DNA of 20,000 nt from IMG/VR virus record IMGVR_UViG_3300031787_000071. One strand, given 5' to 3'. Source of the stretch: an uncultured virus (IMG/VR IMGVR_UViG_3300031787_000071) (Duplodnaviria; Heunggongvirae; Uroviricota; Caudoviricetes). This document shows, piece after piece, positions 9,079-16,323 of the stretch; the stretch's first letter is position 1; each line of letters starts with the position of its first letter. The position numbers and the translations under genes are program-made. Below the pieces are notes generated by a model. That model was not told where the DNA came from. It saw nothing but the letters and a program-made list of their open reading frames with translations, and did not search any database.

Positions 9079-9381
9079 ATGCAATTAAAACCAGGAACAT
9101 TTTGTCCTATAATGAAAGAAGAATGTGTACAGTTTAAATGTGCATGGTTTACTAAAGTTGAAGGTTATGATATCAATACAGGTAAGCAAGTTGAAGAATG
9201 GAATTGTGCTATGACTTTTATTCCTATGTTACTGATTGAAAATTCAGGAATGTCTCGTCAAACTGGTGCAGCTGTTGAAAGTTTTAGGAATGAGATGGTG
9301 AAATCTAATGAAGAAACTCAGAAGATATTCTCCAATATGTTGTCAATGAATCCTGAAAACAATACAAAATTACTTAAGTAA
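9079..9381 (+). CDS. Cys-rich hypothetical phage protein
   Basis: CPIMKEECVQFKCAWF...WNCA followed by helical LLIENS..SRQTGAAVESFRNEMVK. AAGGAG RBS supports ATG 9079 rather than 9058. Confidence 0.7.
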   Translation: MQLKPGTFCPIMKEECVQFKCAWFTKVEGYDINTGKQVEEWNCAMTFIPMLLIENSGMSRQTGAAVESFRNEMVKSNEETQKIFSNMLSMNPENNTKLLK

Positions 9382-9774
9382 ATGTTTTTTTGTAATCTTA
9401 CAAGAAACCCATTGATTGTAGTAAGATTCATTCAATAGTGCGTGGCGAGAGAATATCTCCCACGTTTCGTAATAAGACAATTCTGATTTAGTTTTACAGA
9501 GGTGAAGTATCTCTCTTACGTATTGATCTTCACCATTTTTTTTAACTTCTTCTTGTAGTAATAAATTAGAACCCCAGTATGTCATCCAATCAGACGATAC
9601 TCGGGTTTTCTTTTTCTTACCTTTAACTTGTGTAGTCTTAGATTTGGTGAAGAATTTTTTACCAATATATTTACGACCACTTTGAGTATGTGTGATTAGA
9701 TATACAAACCCAAAATGGCCGTCTATATTTTCTTCGGTAAATTCTTCACCTGTATTATGAAAATACCAGGTCAT
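9370..9774 (-). CDS. GIY-YIG family endonuclease (standalone, Seg-like domain)
   Basis: GFVYLITHTQSGRKYIGKK motif, later YWGS, a conserved Glu (YYETWE) and YYN. Confidence 0.75.
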   Translation of the reverse strand: MTWYFHNTGEEFTEENIDGHFGFVYLITHTQSGRKYIGKKFFTKSKTTQVKGKKKKTRVSSDWMTYWGSNLLLQEEVKKNGEDQYVREILHLCKTKSELSYYETWEIFSRHALLNESYYNQWVSCKITKKHLLK

Positions 9775-9920
9775 TCGTCATCATCACCAAAATCCTCAGT
9801 TTCAATTAAATATTCACCGCAAAATGGACAGTAGTGTGGATCATCTTCACATTTACTTTCATCATATTTAATTGTAAACTCTGAGGAACATGCCCCACAA
9901 GTGTGTTTCAACGAAGCCAT
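9771..9920 (-). CDS. Small zinc-ribbon protein (49 aa)
   Basis: Manual translation: MASLKHTCGACSSEFTIKYDESKCEDDPHYCPFCGEYLIETEDFGDDDE. CxxC-x19-CPFC with an acidic tail. TAATG and ATGA overlaps with the flanking genes. Not in the ORF track. Confidence 0.8.
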   Translation of the reverse strand: MASLKHTCGACSSEFTIKYDESKCEDDPHYCPFCGEYLIETEDFGDDDE

Positions 9921-10369
9921 TATTGACACCAAGATTGTTTGGCTTCACCAAAATATTCCCGAGCGAAACCGTTTTGAATCAACATACTACGGAGACTTTG
10001 ACCATCTAGAATCATATCACCCAAGACACGACCACCAAATTTATCCCAACCATAGAGTGTGACTTGTCGTTTAATGGACTTTGCAACTAGATTTTTAGTA
10101 AACACAGTTGCTGCTTGACCACGTTGATCTTCACTTGGACATTGAGCTCTATGGCCTTTTTCTGGCGTATCTACACCATAGATACGAACTGCTAATTCAG
10201 GTTTTAATGGCAAAGGTAAAAAGGGTGCTGCAATCACTACAGTATCACCATCATTTACCCGTACAATTTGTGCATCATACGTTACACCTTTTGCTGTTTT
10301 GTCAGCATAAACATTTCCTATACCAGCGAAAGATAATAGACCAATTAAAAGTATTTTTGTTAATTTCAT
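9920..10369 (-). CDS. Thermonuclease (SNase-like) with N-terminal signal peptide
   Basis: RVNDGDTV, VRIYGVDTPE, DKFGGRVLG and LIQNGFAREY are SNase motifs. Signal-like MKLTKILLIGLLSFAGIGNVYA. AAGGAG RBS. Confidence 0.85.
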   Translation of the reverse strand: MKLTKILLIGLLSFAGIGNVYADKTAKGVTYDAQIVRVNDGDTVVIAAPFLPLPLKPELAVRIYGVDTPEKGHRAQCPSEDQRGQAATVFTKNLVAKSIKRQVTLYGWDKFGGRVLGDMILDGQSLRSMLIQNGFAREYFGEAKQSWCQ

Positions 10370-10378
10370 TCTTTCTCC

Positions 10379-10699
10379 TTAAATATTAAAACTTTCACCA
10401 CAACCACATCGATTCTTTTCTAAAGAATTTATAAAATCAAAACCTTCATTGAGTCCATTTCTTTTCCAATCTATTTCCATTCCGTTCAGATAAGGAATAT
10501 GTTTTGGGTCAACAAAAATTTTAACACCGTTAGATTCGTATATAGTATCTGTATCCGATACACTATCAACATATTCTAAGGTATAGGCCAAACCACTGCA
10601 ACCTGTGGTTCTAACACCAACCTTAATACCTAATCCTTTTCCTCTTTTGTTTAAAGAGTTTAAAGTTTTGCGAGATGCGAGTTCAGTCATTGTGATCAT
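10379..10699 (-). CDS. iscA: Iron-sulfur cluster assembly A-type carrier protein (IscA/HesB family)
   Basis: GVRTTGCSGLAY, FVDPK, EGFDFIN and CGCGESF motifs with all three conserved Cys. AAGGAG RBS. Confidence 0.93.
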   Translation of the reverse strand: MITMTELASRKTLNSLNKRGKGLGIKVGVRTTGCSGLAYTLEYVDSVSDTDTIYESNGVKIFVDPKHIPYLNGMEIDWKRNGLNEGFDFINSLEKNRCGCGESFNI

Positions 10700-10718
10700 A
10701 GATTTCTCCTTCGATCTT

Positions 10719-10725
10719 TATTTAG
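10719..10725 (-). promoter_or_regulatory. T4-like late promoter (CTAAATA) upstream of iscA
   Basis: The minus strand reads TCTAAATAAAGATCGAAGGAGAAATCTATG. The same heptamer occurs at 153-159. Confidence 0.5.
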
Positions 10726-10728
10726 ACG

Positions 10729-10754
10729 AAAAAAAAGCCTCTTACGAGGCTTTT
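10729..10754 (-). terminator. Rho-independent terminator after the porin gene
   Basis: Minus strand AAAAGCCTC-GTAA-GAGGC followed by T8: a GC stem, GNRA tetraloop and U tract. It may also act in the other direction (T4 on the + strand). Confidence 0.85.
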
Positions 10755-10771
10755 AATATAACAAAAAAATT

Positions 10772-12178
10772 TTAGAAACTTAATTGACTTCTAAACATAA
10801 TTGCTTTTTCACCATTTACACGACTACCAGAACTACCAACTAATGCATCAAACTTTGTATCTACGTAGTTGAGCATGAAACGTAGATTGTCAGTGCAAAA
10901 CCAAGTTAGACCGTATGTCATAGCAGTAGCACGATTTGACTTGCCTGTTGCAACGGATACATCACTTGCATCAAACTCACTCATACGTACACCAACCTGC
11001 CACGCACCACGACCACCTTTGTCGATTGGATTATTTGGTTTAATCCAACCAAACGCACCATCTTTGTATGCATGTGATTCGCCAGTTAAATTATAAACTG
11101 CTTGTACATAGTACCCTTTGATTTCTTGGTCACTACCTGTTGCAGCATCATATTTAAAATTGAACTGTTCGCCTTGAACTTTGAAACCGTTATATGCAAA
11201 CGCTGCTTCTAATCCTTGGCGTGTTCTTGTAGTAGCACCACTCAATGCGGAACCTGTAAACCAACCAGACTGCATACGAGATTCTGTTCTACCACTGGCT
11301 GGTGCAACGCCACTTTTAATTTCACCTGTGCTGTATGCTGCACCCAAGTGTGCAGTGTATGCTTTGCTGCCTGTTAGTTCAGCAATATTAGTTGTTACAC
11401 GACCAATATAATCAAGTCCATCGAACTCTGCGCTCTTATTGGATTTGCCTCTACTTGCTGCTATAGCATATGTAAGGCCAGGTTTTGGCACACCATGTAA
11501 CATGAAACCAGTTTCTTTTGCAGGAATAAATTCAGTATCATTCTGACCAATCAAACTACGTTCCATAAAATCTAGATTGTTTGAACTTGTCATTTGTTCA
11601 AGACTAAATGGCATCTTGAATAAGCCAAATTGAAATTGCATTTCTGGATTTGCTGCATAGTTTACCCACATCTCATCTGCTGTTGATGATGTAGAACTAA
11701 AGCCATCACTTGCACCAAAGTTTGCTAACAATTGATATTTGAAGTCTTTTGCAAATTGTCCACGAACACCAAATCTTGCACGGCGAACTTCGGCTAAGTT
11801 TTGATACGAATCCGTGGTTTGGCCGACACCATAATCTGGTGTGTATTGGCGATAGTCCATATGAATTCGACCTGTAAACTGTGCCGTATTGTTTCCATCT
11901 TTGCTTTTGAGTCCGATTCCATTTTCTGTGACTGAACCATCGTTTGCTCTTGCTTGTCTGTATTTGACCGAATCACTAACATCTTTGTCGATTCTTTGTT
12001 CTGCAAACTTTTTGTTTTCTTCTTTTTCTTCATATGCATTGAGTTTTGATTCATATTCTTTTTGAGTGATTATATTCTTCTCTCTTAGAATATTCAATGT
12101 ATCTTTATACTCATCAGCATATGCAGGAATTACTGCTGCAAGTGCAACTACGATAGATAATTTTTTAAATAGTTTCAT
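10772..12178 (-). CDS. Phosphate-selective porin, OprO/OprP family
   Basis: Signal peptide, FTGRIHMDY, EVRRARFGVRG, QFGLFKMPFSLEQMTSSNNLDFMERS, GYYVQAVYNLTGESHAY, GAWQVGVR, GLTWF...NLRFMLNYV, and a C-terminal Phe (QLSF). Lies directly downstream of pstS. Confidence 0.88.
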   Translation of the reverse strand: MKLFKKLSIVVALAAVIPAYADEYKDTLNILREKNIITQKEYESKLNAYEEKEENKKFAEQRIDKDVSDSVKYRQARANDGSVTENGIGLKSKDGNNTAQFTGRIHMDYRQYTPDYGVGQTTDSYQNLAEVRRARFGVRGQFAKDFKYQLLANFGASDGFSSTSSTADEMWVNYAANPEMQFQFGLFKMPFSLEQMTSSNNLDFMERSLIGQNDTEFIPAKETGFMLHGVPKPGLTYAIAASRGKSNKSAEFDGLDYIGRVTTNIAELTGSKAYTAHLGAAYSTGEIKSGVAPASGRTESRMQSGWFTGSALSGATTRTRQGLEAAFAYNGFKVQGEQFNFKYDAATGSDQEIKGYYVQAVYNLTGESHAYKDGAFGWIKPNNPIDKGGRGAWQVGVRMSEFDASDVSVATGKSNRATAMTYGLTWFCTDNLRFMLNYVDTKFDALVGSSGSRVNGEKAIMFRSQLSF

Positions 12179-12187
12179 AATTTATCC

Positions 12188-13210
12188 TTATTTCCAAATT
12201 GGGTTGTTGTCAGGACCTTTTAAGTCTTTTTTCCAATTGTCCTGATTTAATTTAATAACTGATTGTGGTAAATGAACATATTCTAGTTCTTCACTCATCT
12301 TGGCACCATTCTTCCAACTCCAATCAAAGAATTTCAAAACTGCACGACCTGTCAAACTATCTGCTTGTTGTTTGTGCATGAGAATGAAACTTGCGCCTGT
12401 TGCTGGCCATGCTTCTTTACCTGTTTGCCATGTGAGCAACAAATACATTCCTGGTGCATTAGCCCAATCTGCGTTTGCTGCTGCGGCTTTGAATGAATCG
12501 TCACTTGGTTGTACAAAAACACCATCACGATTTTTTAATTGTGCGTGTGCAATTTTATTTCTTTTTGCATATGCATATTCTACATAGCCAAATGCACCTT
12601 TGATTCTTTGTACTTGAACAGCAACACCTTCATTACCTTTACCACCTACACCAACTGGCCATTTTACTGCTGTGCCTTCGCCAACAGTTTTTGCAAAATC
12701 AGCGTTTGCTTTACCTAAAAAGTTTGTCCAAATAAATGTAGTGCCTGAACCATCTGCACGATGAACAACTGTGATTGCTAATGCTGGTAGATTGACGCCA
12801 GGATTCAAATCAACAATTGCTTTATCGTTCCACTTTGTGATTTTACCAAGATGAATGTTTGCAATAACTTCTGGTGTTAATTTTAATTGACCTGCTGCTA
12901 CACCGTCAAGATTGAATACTGGTACTACACCGCCAATTACTGCTGGAAATTGCACTAGACCTTCTTTGTCTAATTCTTCAGGCTTCAATGGCATATCACT
13001 TGCACCAAAGTCAACTGTTTTTGCTTTGATTTGTTTGATACCACCACCAGAACCGATTGATTGATAATTCAGACCAATGCCAGTGGATGCTTTATATGCT
13101 TCTGCCCACTTAGCATAGATTGGAAATGGAAAAGTCGCACCAGCGCCAGTTAATTCTGCTGCGGATGCGACTCCTGTAAATAACAATAAAGATAAAAGTA
13201 ACTTTCTCAT
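12188..13210 (-). CDS. pstS: Phosphate ABC transporter periplasmic binding protein PstS
   Basis: LTGAGATFPFPIYAKWA, NYQSIGSGGGIKQ, VDFGASD, VHRADGSGTT, GKGNEGVA and GYVEYAYA motifs. Start reassigned to ATG 13210 (AGGAGA RBS, signal peptide MRKLLLSLLLFTGVASA). Confidence 0.96.
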   Translation of the reverse strand: MRKLLLSLLLFTGVASAAELTGAGATFPFPIYAKWAEAYKASTGIGLNYQSIGSGGGIKQIKAKTVDFGASDMPLKPEELDKEGLVQFPAVIGGVVPVFNLDGVAAGQLKLTPEVIANIHLGKITKWNDKAIVDLNPGVNLPALAITVVHRADGSGTTFIWTNFLGKANADFAKTVGEGTAVKWPVGVGGKGNEGVAVQVQRIKGAFGYVEYAYAKRNKIAHAQLKNRDGVFVQPSDDSFKAAAANADWANAPGMYLLLTWQTGKEAWPATGASFILMHKQQADSLTGRAVLKFFDWSWKNGAKMSEELEYVHLPQSVIKLNQDNWKKDLKGPDNNPIWK

Positions 13211-13282
13211 GATTTCTCCTATAAGAATTGTGCCTTTGCACAATATCACACTTATCTATGAAATCATGATCCTTAAACGGGA

Positions 13283-13311
13283 TTGTAACAAAACCGTCAT
13301 CGGATTGTCAT
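13283..13311 (+). promoter_or_regulatory. Pho-box-like triple direct repeat upstream of pstS
   Basis: TTGTAAC (13283), CCGTCAT (13294) and TTGTCAT (13305) with exact 11-bp periodicity, matching the PhoB half-site CTGTCAT. It reads on the strand opposite to pstS. Confidence 0.7.
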
Positions 13312-13318
13312 AAATCAA

Positions 13319-14005
13319 TTAATACATATTTGGAGGATCTACTTTCCATTCATATCCTTCGGGAACTGGATTCCAATTATTGGTATCTTTTTTCCATGCA
13401 AAACCAATACCCCAATCGTTAGAAGTTTCAATCACGTTTGCTTCAACAGCCCATTCATCTTTATTTAAATTTCTCATGAATACTTTTGGACCAGGATGAT
13501 ATGCTGTATCATGAAGTCCAACAATTCCATTTTTTCCTAAAATGTTTGTGTATTCCCAATCTTTTAAACATTGATTAACGCTGTGCCACCCGTCGATGAA
13601 AATAAAGTCAAATTCTTTTCTAGTTGCTCCACATTTTTCAAAAATTTGATTTATTATTTTCATATTTTCTTCATAGTTGGAACTATCACCTCTTATAACA
13701 TGAATATTTTCTTCTTCATTGTTTAGATATTCTCTATCATCTATATCTATTCCAATATAGATAGTTTCTTTTTTCTTATTTTTCAACAACACTTGTGTAA
13801 ATGAATTTTCTCCATTTCTATTGACTCCGATTTCAAGTATAGCGGAACAATTTTCAGAAACTCTCAAAAATCTATCTCTTAAGACCATTCTATTCGCTTC
13901 AGTTACCTCAGCCCAACCCCTAAATTCTATTCTTGGATCTCCATCACTATCATCCCAAGGTGTAAGATATCTAATATCTTTTATTAAATCATTTTTCCAT
14001 TTCAT
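13319..14005 (-). CDS. Class I SAM-dependent methyltransferase (Methyltransf_24-like)
   Basis: ILEIGV, YIGIDI, IRGDS, FDFIFIDGWHS and GIVGLHDT motifs. AAGGAG RBS. ATG at 14005, with GTG at 14008 as an alternative start. Confidence 0.75.
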   Translation of the reverse strand: MKWKNDLIKDIRYLTPWDDSDGDPRIEFRGWAEVTEANRMVLRDRFLRVSENCSAILEIGVNRNGENSFTQVLLKNKKKETIYIGIDIDDREYLNNEEENIHVIRGDSSNYEENMKIINQIFEKCGATRKEFDFIFIDGWHSVNQCLKDWEYTNILGKNGIVGLHDTAYHPGPKVFMRNLNKDEWAVEANVIETSNDWGIGFAWKKDTNNWNPVPEGYEWKVDPPNMY

Positions 14006-14019
14006 CACTTTTTCTCCTT

Positions 14020-15012
14020 TTAAGCTGCTTTACCCCAAACTTCTTCCCATTGTCCCGACAAGGCACCTTTTGCGTAATCAGTAACACGATTTTCGAAAAA
14101 GTTTCCGTGAATAGGAGCATTAATCATTTCTTCAACCCATGGCAATGGATTTTTCTTTACCTTGAAAATCCCTTTAAGACCAAGAGAAATAAGCCTACGG
14201 TCAGCAATATAGCGAATATAGCGCTTAACATCTTCTGCATCTAGGTTCTCCATTGGACCCATCTCGAAAGCTAGGTCAATAAATTTATCTTCTAGTTCCA
14301 CCATTTTTTCTGCAATAGTATATATTCTCGATTTTAAATCATCATTCCAAATTTCTTTGTTTTCTTCCACATATGTACGGAACAATTTAATCATATTCTC
14401 GGCGTGCATTGTTTCATCAACAATAGACCAAGTAACGATTTGTCCCATACCCTTCATCGTACCGTTGCGTGGGAAGTTAAGTAACATGATAAAGGAACTG
14501 AATAATTGCATCCCTTCGGTGAAAGCAGAGAATACTGCAATGTGAGTAGCAGTAGAAGCAGCATCGCCATTCTGTGAGCTAAGATTAAGTACGTAATCAT
14601 GTTTATCTCTCATTGCCTGATATTCTAAAAATTGATTGTACATTGTATCAGGCAATCCTAATGTTTCAATCAAGTGTGAGTATGCTGCAATGTGTAATGC
14701 TTCACGAGCTGCAAAACCAAGTAACATCATTCTTACTTCCGGTTGAGGAAAATAAGGAAGATAATTCTTTACATAACCACCTGCCACATCAATGTCGCCT
14801 TGTGTGAAGAATCTAAAAATGTGTGTGAGAAATTGTTTCTGTTCTGTTGTTAATTTGTTTTTCCAATCTTTTACATCTTCGATCATTGGAACTTCTGAAT
14901 GAAGCCAATGAGCTTGTTCATGTTGCAACCATGCATTATATGCCCAAGGATATGCGAATGGTTTAAATGCGGTTCTTTCGTCCGTTAGTTTTGTGTCGTG
15001 CTTTTTAATCAT
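14020..15012 (-). CDS. nrdB: Ribonucleotide reductase class Ia beta subunit
   Basis: FRFFTQGDIDV, EALHIAAYS (iron ligands plus radical Tyr), FTEGMQLFSSF, DETMH, YIADRRL and NFFE motifs. Confidence 0.96.
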   Translation of the reverse strand: MIKKHDTKLTDERTAFKPFAYPWAYNAWLQHEQAHWLHSEVPMIEDVKDWKNKLTTEQKQFLTHIFRFFTQGDIDVAGGYVKNYLPYFPQPEVRMMLLGFAAREALHIAAYSHLIETLGLPDTMYNQFLEYQAMRDKHDYVLNLSSQNGDAASTATHIAVFSAFTEGMQLFSSFIMLLNFPRNGTMKGMGQIVTWSIVDETMHAENMIKLFRTYVEENKEIWNDDLKSRIYTIAEKMVELEDKFIDLAFEMGPMENLDAEDVKRYIRYIADRRLISLGLKGIFKVKKNPLPWVEEMINAPIHGNFFENRVTDYAKGALSGQWEEVWGKAA

Positions 15013-15250
15013 TGATGAATGCCTCTAGTTCTTGTTTTGTTTTATTTCCTATGAGTCTTTTTGATGCCATATTATCTTCAACGATTACCAATGTTGGTAC
15101 ACTACGAATGCCAAATTCTGTTGCAATTTCTGGATTGACATCAATATCAATCACTTCAATTGGTACATTAGTTTCAACTTCTTCTAATGTTTTAGCTAGC
15201 ATTTTACATGGTCCACACCATGATGCTGTAAATCTTAAAACTTTTTTCAT
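15005..15250 (-). CDS. trxA: Thioredoxin
   Basis: FTASWCGPCKML active site and FGIRSVPTL cis-Pro motif. Lies next to nrdB. Confidence 0.92.
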   Translation of the reverse strand: MKKVLRFTASWCGPCKMLAKTLEEVETNVPIEVIDIDVNPEIATEFGIRSVPTLVIVEDNMASKRLIGNKTKQELEAFIND

Positions 15251-15381
15251 CGACCTTGACCTCTATATTTTTTATTTGATGTTTTTTCTGTTTTATTCAT
15301 GGAGGAGGTTTTTTTCTGTCCACCCTGTTTAGTTCTTTTGTGTACTGATTTGTGTTTACTTGTTCCGGTTTGCTTAGCCAT
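15247..15381 (-). CDS. Small highly basic protein (44 aa)
   Basis: Manual translation: MAKQTGTSKHKSVHKRTKQGGQKKTSSMNKTEKTSNKKYRGQGR. AAGGAG RBS and ATGA overlap with thioredoxin. Not in the ORF track. Confidence 0.75.
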   Translation of the reverse strand: MAKQTGTSKHKSVHKRTKQGGQKKTSSMNKTEKTSNKKYRGQGR

Positions 15382-15390
15382 AATATCTCC

Positions 15391-15555
15391 TTATTTGCTT
15401 TTGTAATTTACATTTTGTTTTGCTTCCAATTCACGCAAATCGTTTGCCACATCTGATACGCCATGCCAATCTTCAATCGCAATCATTACTTGTAAATAAT
15501 CCAATAATATTTCTTTTTGTGTTTCAAAATTGCTGTAATCTTTACTTTTGCTCAT
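15391..15555 (-). CDS. Hypothetical protein (54 aa)
   Basis: Manual translation: MSKSKDYSNFETQKEILLDYLQVMIAIEDWHGVSDVANDLRELEAKQNVNYKSK. GAGG RBS. Fills the operon gap. Confidence 0.7.
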   Translation of the reverse strand: MSKSKDYSNFETQKEILLDYLQVMIAIEDWHGVSDVANDLRELEAKQNVNYKSK

Positions 15556-15673
15556 TCTTTTTTTCCTCTTGTACTATTGCTGGTTTTTCTGGCCATATTT
15601 TTTCTTTAATGTATGAAGCACCAAACCAACCCCATGCTGAAAAGAAACCCCACATAATGATTTCACCTATCAT
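15542..15673 (-). CDS. Small putative membrane protein (43 aa)
   Basis: Manual translation: MIGEIIMWGFFSAWGWFGASYIKEKIWPEKPAIVQEEKKNEQK. Hydrophobic/aromatic N-terminus and GGAG RBS. Confidence 0.65.
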   Translation of the reverse strand: MIGEIIMWGFFSAWGWFGASYIKEKIWPEKPAIVQEEKKNEQK

Positions 15674-15674
15674 A

Positions 15675-16313
15675 CTACTTCTCCATCAATCTGTCAACAA
15701 ATTGTTTTAATAATGTATGATGTTTACCATTATTCCAGTGACGATGCAAATAAGGTTTATCATACCAATATTCTTCTGCTTCGAGATGGGGTCCAATCAA
15801 ACCTATACGACCTTGTATAATTGCGGCTGGATCTCCATTTTTATATCTCGCTACAACTTCATAATTCGATTCTTCTCCGATAAATGTAGGTGCATCGTAA
15901 AAGAAGAATCTATCATCTGTGCCGTTCCAGTTACATTCAATTGCTTTACTGTATGATCGTCTGGTACAGGTGTTTGGTCTTTTAATATATTGTTTTGATT
16001 CAACTCCGTACAGTATATTAAAATAATGTTTATCAGCCCAATAGGCACCCATACATATCCCAAGATATCTGCCACCAGATTTGATGTAGTCAAGGATAAA
16101 ACTCCCGTGATGCCTAAAATATGTATCGAAAGCATCACTGTCGCCAACACCACCAGGAAAACACAAGAGATCCACATTATCAAAAAAGTCGTTTTCGATT
16201 TCATGTTTAGTAAATAATTTATATGTATAGTTCGGTCCTAGTGCTTTGATTATACCATTGCACGATTGAACCGAACATTTCGGGTGTTGCACAAATAATG
16301 CAATTGTTGACAC
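15675..16313 (-). CDS. Class I glutamine amidotransferase-like protein (BPL_N-like)
   Basis: LLCFPGG, GGRYLGICMGAY nucleophile elbow, and GPHLE (His-x-Glu). GTG start. Confidence 0.75.
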   Translation of the reverse strand: MSTIALFVQHPKCSVQSCNGIIKALGPNYTYKLFTKHEIENDFFDNVDLLCFPGGVGDSDAFDTYFRHHGSFILDYIKSGGRYLGICMGAYWADKHYFNILYGVESKQYIKRPNTCTRRSYSKAIECNWNGTDDRFFFYDAPTFIGEESNYEVVARYKNGDPAAIIQGRIGLIGPHLEAEEYWYDKPYLHRHWNNGKHHTLLKQFVDRLMEK

Positions 16314-16323
16314 TTTATATCAA

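Noticed and set aside
9370..9774. Mobile homing endonuclease element
   Set aside because: It is only 134 aa with no evident C-terminal DNA-binding modules and is translationally coupled in the operon. It is treated as a resident nuclease, though mobility cannot be fully excluded.
10379..13210. Bacterial chromosomal fragment (host contamination)
   Set aside because: There are no pstCAB/phoU or other isc genes, and the genes are tightly packed and co-oriented with phage genes, with a phage-type late motif before iscA. Read-level confirmation is still advisable.
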